A stretch of 64,000 nucleotides of DNA from Gemmatimonadota bacterium. Its GTDB lineage: Bacteria > Latescibacterota > UBA2968 > UBA8231. Within the stretch, counting starts at the first letter, position 1. Each line of letters starts with the position of its first letter. The stretch spans positions 3,713-67,712 of the forward strand of contig JABHFS010000109.1 in the NCBI GenBank assembly GCA_018672475.1, written 5' to 3'. Shown one piece after another: positions 1 through 8,863 of the stretch. The position numbers were made by a program, and so were the translations under genes. The notes beneath the pieces were generated by a model. It did no database searches and had not been told where the DNA came from. It saw only the letters and a list, made by a program, of their open reading frames with translations.

Positions 1-1
1 A

Positions 2-305
2 TAACTACTGCAGCAGGAGCCAGGCGATCGCCTCTTAGCAGCGGGTGCTTGCGCTCAACCCGTCTATGTGAAGGCGCGCAACGACCAGGCCTACGCGCTA
101 TAGGACGCCGGCCGACTGGGCGAGGCGATCGGCCATTAACGCCAGGCGCTGACGGAAGTTCCAGACTTGGTGGCCGCCCGTTTTAATGGCCGAAGCATTG
201 GCTACAGCCGGGCAACACGAGGCGGCGATCGCCGAATTACAGGAGGTCTTGCGCCAAGTGCCCGAGCGCCCCGAGGCGCAGAAAAAACTGGCGGCGTTGC
301 AATAG
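2..305 (+). pseudogene. Decayed 3' end of a TPR-repeat protein gene (two in-frame stops plus one frameshift)
   Basis: Frame 2 reads ...YVKARNDQAYAL*DAGRLGEAIGH*RQALTEVPDLVAARF. After a +1 shift near 183-186 it continues MAEALATAGQHEAAIAELQEVLRQVPERPEAQKKLAALQ, ending at TAG 303-305. The TAG at 101-103 and TAA at 137-139 sit where TPR helices expect residues; the TAA is at the aromatic position of EAIxxYxxAL. No single frame is open across the region. Confidence 0.4.
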
Positions 306-307
306 CT

Positions 308-1306
308 TTATAGCTCGACGATCATCTTACCGAAGTTGTCGCCGCGAAAAAGGCCGATAAAGGCGTCCGGTGCTTGTTCGAGACCGGTGACGACGGTTTC
401 CCGCCATTTTATTTTTCCCGCCGCAATCCAGTCGCTCATATCGGCAAGGAACGCTTCGCGTCGCGCGTAGTGGTCGCTGACAATAAAACCCTGCAGGGCG
501 AGGCGTCTCCCCACGGCCAGCATCAGATTGTTCGGTCCGGCTACCGCCTCGGTCGCGTTGTACTGGCCGATCATGCCGCAGAGGGCGATACGGCCATGGA
601 AGTTCATCTGCGCGATAGCCGCCTGTAAATGCTCGCCGCCGACATTGTCGAAGTAGACATCGATGCCGTCGGGACAATGGCGGGCGAGTTCGGCATTGAG
701 GTTGTCGATGCGCCGGTAATTGAAGGCGGCGTCAAAACCCGCTTCGTCAACCAGCCAGGCGACCTTCTCGTCGGACCCGGCGCTGCCGATGGTGCGGCAG
801 CCCTTGATCTTGGCGATTTGCCCGACGATGGAACCGACGGCACCGGATGCGGCGGATACGAAGACGGTCTCACCCGCTACCGGGCGGCCTATATCGAGCA
901 GCCCCACATAGGCGGTCATGCCCGGCATACCCAGGGTGCCGAGGAAGGTTTGCAGTGGCGCGATCTCGGGGTCGATGGGGCTTAGGTCTGATCCTTGTGC
1001 TATGAAGTGCTCGCGCCAGCCGCCGAATCCGGCGACAAAATCTCCCGTCTTGAAATCGGGATGATTGCAGGCGACGACTTCGCCGATGCTCTGGCCGTCG
1101 AGCGGGGTGTTCAGCGCGAAAGGGGTGAAATAGCTTTTGCCCTCGCGCATCCGGCCGCGCATATAAGGGTCAACCGACATATAGCGATTTTTCACCAGGA
1201 CTTCGTTCTGCTTTGGATCGGGCAAGTCGATCGAAACCAATTCGAAGTCTGCGACTGCTGGCAGGCCTTCGGGGTAGCGTTTGAGTTGTATGGCTCTACT
1301 TTGCAT
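308..1306 (-). CDS. NADP-dependent oxidoreductase, medium-chain dehydrogenase/reductase family (YncB/CurA / leukotriene-B4 dehydrogenase-like)
   Basis: 332-aa ORF with ATG at 1306. N-terminus LVKNRYMSVDPYMRGRM and cofactor loop VSAASGAVGSIVGQIAK are typical of this MDR subfamily. Confidence 0.9.
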   Translation of the reverse strand: MQSRAIQLKRYPEGLPAVADFELVSIDLPDPKQNEVLVKNRYMSVDPYMRGRMREGKSYFTPFALNTPLDGQSIGEVVACNHPDFKTGDFVAGFGGWREHFIAQGSDLSPIDPEIAPLQTFLGTLGMPGMTAYVGLLDIGRPVAGETVFVSAASGAVGSIVGQIAKIKGCRTIGSAGSDEKVAWLVDEAGFDAAFNYRRIDNLNAELARHCPDGIDVYFDNVGGEHLQAAIAQMNFHGRIALCGMIGQYNATEAVAGPNNLMLAVGRRLALQGFIVSDHYARREAFLADMSDWIAAGKIKWRETVVTGLEQAPDAFIGLFRGDNFGKMIVEL

Positions 1307-1348
1307 TGGAGCTCTCTTTTTTGAGAATCTACTTGCGTGCGATGATTG

Positions 1349-2134
1349 TTATCTGTTGGGGGTGGCGCCCATGAGGTTGCCGACCCAGCCTGTGCTACTG
1401 TGTGCCATGTGCATGGTTTCGCCAACGATGTCTGTCGGGGCGGCGGATCGTTTACGCGTCAGGCTGAATGATCTGACATCGATCCATTCTATCCCTGAAA
1501 AGCGCCATGTATCGGATTCCCCGGCCCACTCGCGCGTGAGACGCCCGGCGGTCTCTGCTTGTTTATTGGCTATTTCAAATGCAGGTGGATCGATCGTCCA
1601 AACCTCCATCCGGTTGTTTTGCCCCTTGTGATTGGTGGCGGCGACAAAACGCGCTTTGTCGGGCGAGAAAAAAGGGATGTGGGGAATCTGCAGCTCTTCG
1701 CCGTTCAATGCGTCGACGAGCGTGAAACTTTGGGCGGCTGAAGACGCTTTGCGTAGGAGATAGTATTGCTGGTCGGGAAGATAGGCCAAGAGGTTGTAGC
1801 GAGCGGTGTCGGCGGATCCAGTGTCCTTAGTGTCTTCGTATTCGAGTGGCTGACCGGTGCGCAAATAGACGGTCAGAATATTTGCGTTTCTCGCGCATTG
1901 TTGTGGATACAGGGTGATATAGTGTGTTTCAATACGTCGTGCGCAAGCGTGAGCATCGGCTAAGTCGGGGCAGAGCGGGCTATTGTCGATGTTCCATAAC
2001 GGTTGCGTATGTTTGCTGCTCGACCCGATCCAGAGCAGCTTCGGGCGTTCGGGTTTGCTCCGGCTTGTTTGGCAGGCGATTGGCAATACCAAGGCGCTTA
2101 TCAGCCATAATAGGTTTTTGCCGATGTGGTCCAC
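1349..2134 (-). CDS. Secreted/lipoprotein-like hypothetical protein
   Basis: 261-aa ORF. N-terminal signal-like segment KNLLWLISALVLPIACQ. No family recognised. Confidence 0.6.
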   Translation of the reverse strand: MDHIGKNLLWLISALVLPIACQTSRSKPERPKLLWIGSSSKHTQPLWNIDNSPLCPDLADAHACARRIETHYITLYPQQCARNANILTVYLRTGQPLEYEDTKDTGSADTARYNLLAYLPDQQYYLLRKASSAAQSFTLVDALNGEELQIPHIPFFSPDKARFVAATNHKGQNNRMEVWTIDPPAFEIANKQAETAGRLTREWAGESDTWRFSGIEWIDVRSFSLTRKRSAAPTDIVGETMHMAHSSTGWVGNLMGATPNR

Positions 2135-2834
2135 TATGGGTTTGCAGTGATATAGATTGGGGCAGCGGTCTGGTCGCTATGGAAGATGACGGGCATTGCT
2201 TGTTCCTATCGCGGTTTGTATTCCGGCACTCAAGTATGGCGGCTATAGACACAGCGAGCACGGTGCAAAAAATATGCAGGCGCTCGGCATTGGGCAACCA
2301 GCGCATGAGCAGGGAGGCGGCTTGCGGGTTACTCGCGTAACGGACCAACAGGCCTTCCTCGGGCCCGCGGTGTCCCATGCTATTTTCTTTTAGCGTGTCG
2401 GTTAGGGCTGCGATCGACTCGGCGCGTTCGGCTTCCTCGCCTTCGGGGGAAGGCACCAACAATAATGATAGTGGTTCGAATACTTCGCTGACGCGATCCA
2501 TAAGATGCAGCTCGTGCAGCATCTTGTATTCACGCACCGTGTTTTCGGCCCTGAGCGCTTGGCAGCGTTCGAGTTGCGGCAAGACCCCCTTGGGCAAGCT
2601 GGCCTTAAGACGGGCGTGCAATTGGCTGGTGCGTTTGCTGAGGCCTTTGATTTCGCGTTTGATCGTGCGCTTTGTGGATTGTTGGGTTTTTAGTTTTTTG
2701 TCCAGGGTGTCCAGGTGTAGTTGTATTTTCTGCAAAGTGTGCTGGGCCGAGATCGTGTCGTTGTTGAGGCGGCGAAAGTGGTAGACGGCTAGGCGCAGTG
2801 CATTCTTCTCTTCGACTACAGCCTCTTCGACCAA
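1980..2834 (-). CDS. Hypothetical coiled-coil protein with a C-proximal TM helix; start and 3' end uncertain
   Basis: 284-aa ORF with a TTG start at 2834. It has a heptad-like charged N-terminal half and a hydrophobic segment IFCTVLAVSIAAIL. The last ~50 codons overlap the next gene by 155 nt and look low-complexity. Confidence 0.4.
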   Translation of the reverse strand: MVEEAVVEEKNALRLAVYHFRRLNNDTISAQHTLQKIQLHLDTLDKKLKTQQSTKRTIKREIKGLSKRTSQLHARLKASLPKGVLPQLERCQALRAENTVREYKMLHELHLMDRVSEVFEPLSLLLVPSPEGEEAERAESIAALTDTLKENSMGHRGPEEGLLVRYASNPQAASLLMRWLPNAERLHIFCTVLAVSIAAILECRNTNRDRNKQCPSSSIATRPLPQSISLQTHSGPHRQKPIMADKRLGIANRLPNKPEQTRTPEAALDRVEQQTYATVMEHRQ

Positions 2835-3035
2835 GCCAGGATAATCGGTATTGTTCTCGTCGGCGGCGATGAAATTGGCGAATAGACAGCAGGCTTATGG
2901 CGGCGTATTTTCCCTAGTATCGCACTAAATATGCGCGATCGTTGCCAAGGCGGCTGTGAGCGAGGACGCGGCGGATGGTTTGTAGGGTGGCCCTTTGACG
3001 GCTCGAAAAAGCATAAGGTATAAAAGGAATAAGGT

Positions 3036-4748
3036 ATGACGACACTTGTGCATGTCACACACGAAGCGGTGCAGCAGGCCGGTGGAATCGGCACCGTGTT
3101 ACGCGGTTTAATTACGGCCGACAGTTATCGGGATTATTGCCAACGCACTATCCTGCTCGGTCCGCTAACTGATCCCGGTGCCGAGCAACCGCTGGGGCCG
3201 GAGGGGGAAGTGCTCTACGACGCCGATCGGCAGATTCGCACCGGCGAAGTGGCCGATGTATTGAGACGGGTCGAATTCGAGTTTGGTGTGCGCTTGATCT
3301 ACGGGCGTCGTTTGTTGAGCGAGGGGGGGCGTCAGGCGCGCCCGGAAGTTTTACTAGTGGACGTGCGGCATCCACCGCATGGGTTGAATGACTTCAAACA
3401 TGCGCTATTTCAGCATTTCGGTCTGGATTCGCAGCGCTATGAACACCACTGGGAATACGAACAGTATTTGCGTTTGGCCGAGCCTGGTTTTGCCGCGGTG
3501 CAAGCGCTTGTCGGCGCCGAGCCCTTTATGTTGTTGGCTCATGAGTTTATGGGGTTGGGCACAGCTTTTAAGGCCCAACTCAGTGGTAGCCCTGCCTGTA
3601 AAACGCTGTTCTATGCGCACGAAGTAGCTACGGTGCGTCCCTTGGTCGAAGAGGGGCCGGGGCGGGATATTGCTTTTTACAATACATTGCGTCGGGCGCG
3701 GGCGGAGGGGCTGTATATTGATGAGGTACTTGGTCCGCAGGACGCGTATTTCAAACATGCATTAGTCCGTGAAGCTTGGCGTCTCGACGCGGTGCTGGCC
3801 GTGGGAGACTGGGTGGTCGAGGAATTGCGCTTTCTAGGTCCCGAATTCGCCGCGCGCGCTATAGATCTAGTCTACAATGGAGTACCTGCGGTGGATCTGC
3901 CTTTTGCCGATCGGGAAGAGGCGCGGCTAAAATTACAGGCAAGCGGCGCTCAATTATTGGGCTGGACTCCGGATCGGGTCTTTACCCACGTGACCCGTTT
4001 GGTCAAAAGCAAGGGCCTGTGGCGTGATCTGCTAGTCCTCGATCACTTGGATCGCGAGTTGCATAAACGCGGTGAGCAGGCGCTCTTTATCGTTTTGGCG
4101 ACCGAGACGGGGCGGCGTAGCGCGGACGAGGTGCGCCGGATGGGGGCTTATGGTTGGCCGTCGGTGCATCGCGAGGGTGGCGCCGACTTGAGCGGTGGAG
4201 AACTGGAATTTGATTTGCAGGTTCGCGCTTTTAACGGTCGTTCGCGCGCGATCAAAACGCTCTTTGTAAACCAATTCGGTTGGGATCGGCAAAGTTGCGG
4301 TGAGTTTCTGGCGCCAGACGCCGAATTCACCGATTTGCGCCGGGGCAGTGACGTCGAATTCGGGCAGTCGATTTACGAGCCCTTTGGCATAGCCCAAATC
4401 GAACCTATGAGTTTCGGCACGATAAGCGTTGTCAGCGATATATGTGGGTGTGTCGGATTCGTCGACCGGGTGAGGGACCGGCAGGTGCTGGGCGGTTTTG
4501 TCGAAGGGGCCTATACGCGCCTTGATCCGCTGATGGCTGACAGTGGATCAATCGGTGCGGCCGAAGGCGTCAGGGCTGAGGCGATGCAGAGTAAGGTGGT
4601 CGCTGCGGAGTTGGCGCAAAAATTACCCGCCAATAAAAACGAGCGGCGCAAGCTGCTCGAAGAAGGTTTTGCCGTGGCTAGGGAAATGAGCTGGGAGAGG
4701 GTTGTAGAGGATATGTTATTGCCGGTGTTGCGTCGTTTGGAAAAATGA
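3036..4748 (+). CDS. GT-B glycosyltransferase, eukaryotic-type glycogen synthase (GT3)-like
   Basis: 570 aa, AAGGAA SD 6 nt before the ATG. HEAVQQAGGIGTVLRGL parallels the GS motif EVANKVGGIYTVL. GVRLIYGRRLL, LLAHEFMGLG, LFYAHEVAT and YEPFGIAQIEPMSFG parallel the GS blocks YGRWL, HFHEW, FTTHAT and YEPWGYTP. Confidence 0.7.
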   Translation: MTTLVHVTHEAVQQAGGIGTVLRGLITADSYRDYCQRTILLGPLTDPGAEQPLGPEGEVLYDADRQIRTGEVADVLRRVEFEFGVRLIYGRRLLSEGGRQARPEVLLVDVRHPPHGLNDFKHALFQHFGLDSQRYEHHWEYEQYLRLAEPGFAAVQALVGAEPFMLLAHEFMGLGTAFKAQLSGSPACKTLFYAHEVATVRPLVEEGPGRDIAFYNTLRRARAEGLYIDEVLGPQDAYFKHALVREAWRLDAVLAVGDWVVEELRFLGPEFAARAIDLVYNGVPAVDLPFADREEARLKLQASGAQLLGWTPDRVFTHVTRLVKSKGLWRDLLVLDHLDRELHKRGEQALFIVLATETGRRSADEVRRMGAYGWPSVHREGGADLSGGELEFDLQVRAFNGRSRAIKTLFVNQFGWDRQSCGEFLAPDAEFTDLRRGSDVEFGQSIYEPFGIAQIEPMSFGTISVVSDICGCVGFVDRVRDRQVLGGFVEGAYTRLDPLMADSGSIGAAEGVRAEAMQSKVVAAELAQKLPANKNERRKLLEEGFAVAREMSWERVVEDMLLPVLRRLEK

Positions 4749-4826
4749 AAACGAGTATATCGCCTTGGTTTGATATTTGTTGTAGCGGGCAAATGTCGTG
4801 TAGTGTCTAGGCCGGGAGCGGAGTAG

Positions 4827-4858
4827 CTGGTTGCCTGGTTTAGGGCGACCAGGTTTTT
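4827..4858 (+). terminator. Rho-independent terminator after the GT3-like gene
   Basis: CTGGTTGCC (4827-4835) pairs with GGCGACCAG (4844-4852), with one G-U. The loop is 8 nt and the stem is followed by GTTTTT. The T-tract overlaps the stop codon of the convergent receiver gene. Confidence 0.55.
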
Positions 4859-5225
4859 ATTTATTTAGAGCCAAGTCTATGGTTTTGAGAAGATGCTCGC
4901 GTTGGATCGGTTTTTTGAGTACCGCGTGTACGCAGTCTGGTTGGTTCGCGATGGTTTCGTCGTCCACCCAGCCCGATACCACGATGATGGGGATCTCGTC
5001 GCCTTGGTCGCGCAGTTGGAAGAGTAATTCCTCGCCGTCGACCTGCCCGGGCATATGCAGGTCGAGCAGGATCAGCTGGATGGTATTCGGGCCGAGCATG
5101 GTAAGTGCTTGATCACCGGTATCGGCTTCAAGGGGGGTATAACCCGCATCAGTTAGAATGCGCGTCAGGAGCCGCCGTATGGGCTCTTCGTCGTCAACTA
5201 TCAAGATTGATGCGGTATCGGGCAT
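4857..5225 (-). CDS. Single-domain response regulator (CheY-like receiver)
   Basis: ILIVDDEEPIRRLL, LLDLHMPG, IIVVSGW and LKKP give the acidic pocket, phospho-Asp, T/S and K positions. I chose the internal ATG at 5225 (MPDTASILIVDDEE); the 45 upstream codons of the track ORF are Pro/Trp-rich and unlike a receiver. Confidence 0.85.
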   Translation of the reverse strand: MPDTASILIVDDEEPIRRLLTRILTDAGYTPLEADTGDQALTMLGPNTIQLILLDLHMPGQVDGEELLFQLRDQGDEIPIIVVSGWVDDETIANQPDCVHAVLKKPIQREHLLKTIDLALNK

Positions 5226-5307
5226 GGTAGAATCGTCCTGAAGGGAGGGGAAGGCGTCGGGGAATATAGGCCCGGGTATGGGACCGAGCAAGAGAAGCCA
5301 GAGGCCG

Positions 5308-6966
5308 TTAGGGGGAGGGGGCCATATCGGAAGCACAGCGGAATCCCACCGAGTTTTCAATCGTATTCGGCACGAAGGCCGCGCGTACCGTGGTGGTCAG
5401 GACCTCGAGCGGCACGCCGAGCTTCCAACTGGCGCCCCGGCCGACTCTTAGGGTGCCGCTGTCGGGCCCCTGCGGGTTCTGTTCGGGGCTTTGCGCGTAA
5501 TAGTCGGAGGCAAAGTAGTCGGCCGTCCATTCTTGCACGTTGCCGCCCATATTGTGCAAGCCGTAGAAGCTGACACCGAGCGGGTAGGTGCCGACCGGCA
5601 TGGTGGCTCCTACGTTATTGTTAAAATTGAGTAACTGCGCCGAGGGAAAGTCCTCGCCCCAAGCATAGGAGCGTCCATCCTCGCCGCGCGCTGCGCGCTC
5701 CCATTCCGCTTCTGTGGGCAGCCGTTTGGCCTGCCAGAGACAGTAGGTGGTCGCCTGATCCCACGAGACGCAATTGATGGGGTGTTCGAGGCGGTCGTCT
5801 CGGCCGCTATTGCAACCTGCGGTCATCGCGGCCTCAGGGCATACCCCGGCATTGACGCAGGCGTTGTAGAGACCGGTGGTGACCTCGAATTTGTCGATCC
5901 AGTAGAGGGCCAACTCGACCCTGTGCTGGGGGGATTCGTCCGGCGCTCCTAGGTTCGAACCCATAATAAAGGAGCCGGCGGGAATTTCGATCATGCCGTT
6001 CTGTTCGGCAAAAATGCGATCGACCACCTGCACGGTGACTACGACCAGCAGACTGGTCAAGTCGCCATCGGAGACTTCGAGCCCGAATACGTAATCACCG
6101 GGCTCGGTGGCAATAAAGGTCGGTTGTACCGCGGTCGAATCCGAAAGCTCAACTGACCCGCTCGGGGCGGCGCCGACAATCCAGTGGTAGAGCAACGTCG
6201 CGCCGTCTTTGGCGTCGGGGTCTACGCTCAGGCTGCCGTCCAAGGTTACCGCGGTGCTAACGGCGACCTGTTGATCTGGGCCGGCGTTGGCGACGGGTGC
6301 TTGGTTGCCGGACGAGCGGACTAGCACGCTTTTTTCAACAGTGTCGCTGAGTTCACCGTCACTGACGGTAAGTCTGAGTCTGTATGCGCCGCTGGCAATG
6401 GGAGTAAAAGAGGTCTGTTGAGCCGTTGAGTCGGCTAATTGCACTTCTGCCGGGGAGGAGAGTACGGTCCACTGATAGGTCAGCGTGTCGCCGTCGGGGT
6501 CGCTGCTGGCCAAGGCACTCAAAGGCACGGCGCTGTTGACGCCGACGACGATATCTGGGCCGGCCTTAGCAATCGGGGCTTGGTTGCTAAGGTTCGAGAC
6601 CGATATGCGGATCGAATCGGGGTCGCTGCTGAGCGCGCCATCGCTGACGATGAGGATGAAGATATATGTTCCGGCGACCGAAGGCGTGAAACTGAAACGG
6701 GGTTGCGTCTCGGGAAAGACGGTGGGGACCGGATTCTCGCTGGCCGCCCGCCAGGTAAAACTTAATGAGGTGCTTTCGGGGTCCGTGCTCAGCGAACCGT
6801 CTACGGAGACTTCTTGCGCCAAGGCCGCTTGCTGGTCGGCGCCGGCCTCGGCGACGGGCGCCTGGTTGGGTGCAGGCGGCGCGGGTGGCGCGCTGCACTG
6901 CAAGAGCAGCGCGGAGAGGGCGAAAAAGAATACGGCACGGACCGGGATGGCAAAGTGAAGGAACAT
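5308..6966 (-). CDS. Secreted protein: three PKD/Ig-like repeats plus a C-terminal FGE-sulfatase (SUMF1/PvdO-type) domain
   Basis: Signal-like MFLHFAIPVRAVFFFALSALLLQCS from the ATG at 6966. There are three ~94-aa repeats, each opening NQAP(V/I)AxAGPD. The C-terminal FGE-domain motifs are FWIDKFEVT, RLPTEAEWERAARG, GNVQEWTADY, RVGRGASW and GFRC. Confidence 0.85.
   Translation of the reverse strand: MFLHFAIPVRAVFFFALSALLLQCSAPPAPPAPNQAPVAEAGADQQAALAQEVSVDGSLSTDPESTSLSFTWRAASENPVPTVFPETQPRFSFTPSVAGTYIFILIVSDGALSSDPDSIRISVSNLSNQAPIAKAGPDIVVGVNSAVPLSALASSDPDGDTLTYQWTVLSSPAEVQLADSTAQQTSFTPIASGAYRLRLTVSDGELSDTVEKSVLVRSSGNQAPVANAGPDQQVAVSTAVTLDGSLSVDPDAKDGATLLYHWIVGAAPSGSVELSDSTAVQPTFIATEPGDYVFGLEVSDGDLTSLLVVVTVQVVDRIFAEQNGMIEIPAGSFIMGSNLGAPDESPQHRVELALYWIDKFEVTTGLYNACVNAGVCPEAAMTAGCNSGRDDRLEHPINCVSWDQATTYCLWQAKRLPTEAEWERAARGEDGRSYAWGEDFPSAQLLNFNNNVGATMPVGTYPLGVSFYGLHNMGGNVQEWTADYFASDYYAQSPEQNPQGPDSGTLRVGRGASWKLGVPLEVLTTTVRAAFVPNTIENSVGFRCASDMAPSP
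6022..6867 (-). repeat. Three tandem ~94-codon PKD-like protein repeats inside the FGE-domain gene
   Basis: Repeat starts are NQAPVAEAGADQQ, NQAPIAKAGPDIV and NQAPVANAGPDQQ. Each contains DGSxS.DP...L.Y.W and ends in a Y.F.L.VSDG-type strand. Confidence 0.75.
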
Positions 6967-7062
6967 GACCGGGCTTTTCTCAAGGGGGATTGTCGGCGGG
7001 GAGCCGTCCAAGCCCAATAATACATCTGCAGGTCCTAGCTGTCAATCGGTGGGGAGGGCAGG

Positions 7063-7091
7063 GTGACAAAAGATGGCGGCGATTATATATT
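7063..7091 (+). promoter_or_regulatory. Candidate sigma70-type promoter for the 7100 operon, with an overlapping opposite-strand TATAAT
   Basis: GTGACA (7063-7068), 17-nt spacer, TATATT (7086-7091). On the minus strand, 7082-7087 reads TATAAT and faces the FGE-domain gene. Sequence pattern only. Confidence 0.4.
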
Positions 7092-7099
7092 GATCGGAG

Positions 7100-8863
7100 A
7101 TGGAACCGGCAACTGTAGATGTCAACTTGGGGCTTTTCGACGGCGAGGTGAGCCATGCCCGAATAAATACGGCTGTCGCCAAGGGAGACAAGAGCGTCCT
7201 CTTCGGCGAACAGACCCGGTTGCCCTATTTTCCCGATGACGAACCCCTGCCAAAGCTGCATGCCGGTGACCCGTTGGTCCTGCTGTTCTGGAAGGTATTG
7301 CGCAAAGTTCCCGAGAATCTGCGCACCGCCTTGATCGAAGCCCCTTTGAGTCTGACGCTAGTGCGCGACGATACGCTATTGCATTTCGAGAATTACCGTT
7401 GCCATCAAGCGCTGCATATCGGTTGTCGCCGCCGTACGATCTATCTGCCCGAAATACTCCTGCACGCTGCCGAGGATCGCGGCTACGACTATTGGGCGAT
7501 CGCCGAGGGCGTCATCTACGCGGGGTGGATGATCATGGACTATCTGCTGTTGGTAGACGTGCTCAAGGAATACGCCGAACTGGCGCGCAAACTGCCTGGG
7601 TATCGCCTGGGCGAGGCATTGCAGACCCGCTTGGTCGATGACCACAACAACCACCGGCGCGATCACGCGTCGGCGGGGCGTTCGGAGGTCGCTGAGTTTA
7701 TTGACGGATATAAGGGAAAACTATTAAGGGTAACGCCCGAGCAAGGGGCGAACGAGGATGTGTTCGCTCTGGCGCGCGGCATCTTCGACTCGGAGTTGGA
7801 ACAGCGCTGGGCCCATGACAAGATGGAACGCATAGCGCAGGTCTTCAGCTACCCCCGGCTCTTTCTCTTCGATCGCGATATCATCCACGGCACCGCCCGC
7901 GCGTTGGCCGAGGCCAAAGGGCTCGAGATTGAGCCTCGGAGCTTTGCTGACGCACTGCACGATTACCACGACGTGCTGCGTTTCGAGTCGCATCCGCTGA
8001 TGACGACCTTGGGTAAGGCCGTGGTGCCCAAACCGCGGGCGGTATTTTTGCAGACCGTCGTGCGCCTCGGGATCATCGGGTTGCGCGGGTTTTTCGAAGC
8101 GTATGGTCGTGACGAACCGGGGGTGCGCGACCTGGTGCATCCGTTGTGGATGTATCTGTGCTCGCTCAGTTCTGATCCGGCGGGGATCTTTTCGCGGGCG
8201 GGGCGTTTGCGGGCGGTGGGACGCGAGGCGCTGGACGAGACACTCGATGGCCACCTCGCCGGTGTGCTGATCCGCCTAGACGGGGCGGAAAACTATATGC
8301 AGTTGGTCCGCGAGGTAGCGGCGATGGGGGAAGTCGTGCGTGCCGAATTACAGGCGTTGATCTCCGTCCAGCGCTTGCTCGAAGAGGACGAGTGGGAAGC
8401 TTTTAAGGGGCGCAAGCAGGCGATCGTCGCCAACGCCTGTCGGGCCCTTGAAGACCTCTCCAGCAGCGAAGATGGCGGCGCGTCGGAGCGCGTCAATTTG
8501 CACGAGGACGAGAAAATTCGATCGCTGATCTCTGATCGTCCGCATCGCTTGACCTCGGATCCCAGTGGAGTAATGATGTATTTAAGGACCTATAAGAATT
8601 CGTTGAACCGCTTCGGGGCGGCTGACCCGGATTCGGATTTTCTGTTGGCCTCGATCCTGGTGCGGTTGGACCAGGCGGACGAGTATCCCGAATTGCTCGA
8701 ACGGGTGTTTGAAATCGGCACGCCGGCCTTTACGGCGCTGCACAATGTCTTTGAGCAGATACCCGAGCGCGATATGAAAAAACGGGAAATACTCAAACAG
8801 GCGCGGATCCTTTGGAGCAGATTGCTGGCCAAAGCCCGGGCTAAGACGAAGGGGGGAAAATGA
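7100..8863 (+). CDS. Hypothetical cytoplasmic protein, 587 aa, no recognised domain
   Basis: Long ORF with protein-like composition. GGAG immediately precedes the ATG. The stop overlaps the next start (ATGA at 8860-8863). Confidence 0.7.
   Translation: MEPATVDVNLGLFDGEVSHARINTAVAKGDKSVLFGEQTRLPYFPDDEPLPKLHAGDPLVLLFWKVLRKVPENLRTALIEAPLSLTLVRDDTLLHFENYRCHQALHIGCRRRTIYLPEILLHAAEDRGYDYWAIAEGVIYAGWMIMDYLLLVDVLKEYAELARKLPGYRLGEALQTRLVDDHNNHRRDHASAGRSEVAEFIDGYKGKLLRVTPEQGANEDVFALARGIFDSELEQRWAHDKMERIAQVFSYPRLFLFDRDIIHGTARALAEAKGLEIEPRSFADALHDYHDVLRFESHPLMTTLGKAVVPKPRAVFLQTVVRLGIIGLRGFFEAYGRDEPGVRDLVHPLWMYLCSLSSDPAGIFSRAGRLRAVGREALDETLDGHLAGVLIRLDGAENYMQLVREVAAMGEVVRAELQALISVQRLLEEDEWEAFKGRKQAIVANACRALEDLSSSEDGGASERVNLHEDEKIRSLISDRPHRLTSDPSGVMMYLRTYKNSLNRFGAADPDSDFLLASILVRLDQADEYPELLERVFEIGTPAFTALHNVFEQIPERDMKKREILKQARILWSRLLAKARAKTKGGK

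Noticed and set aside
101-139. Stop-codon reassignment (TAG/TAA read as sense) as an explanation for the interrupted TPR frame
   Set aside because: TAA, TAG and TGA all act as ordinary terminators for the well-supported genes in this window, for example TAG at 303-305, 34348-34350 and 44058-44060. The same region also needs a frameshift. Pseudogenisation or sequence error is the simpler explanation.
2988-3002. A sigma54-like element TGGCCC-TTTGA-CGGC upstream of the GT3-like gene
   Set aside because: GG and GC are correctly spaced, but the -12 region lacks TTGC and the -24 region deviates. It is much weaker than the two exact matches elsewhere in the window.
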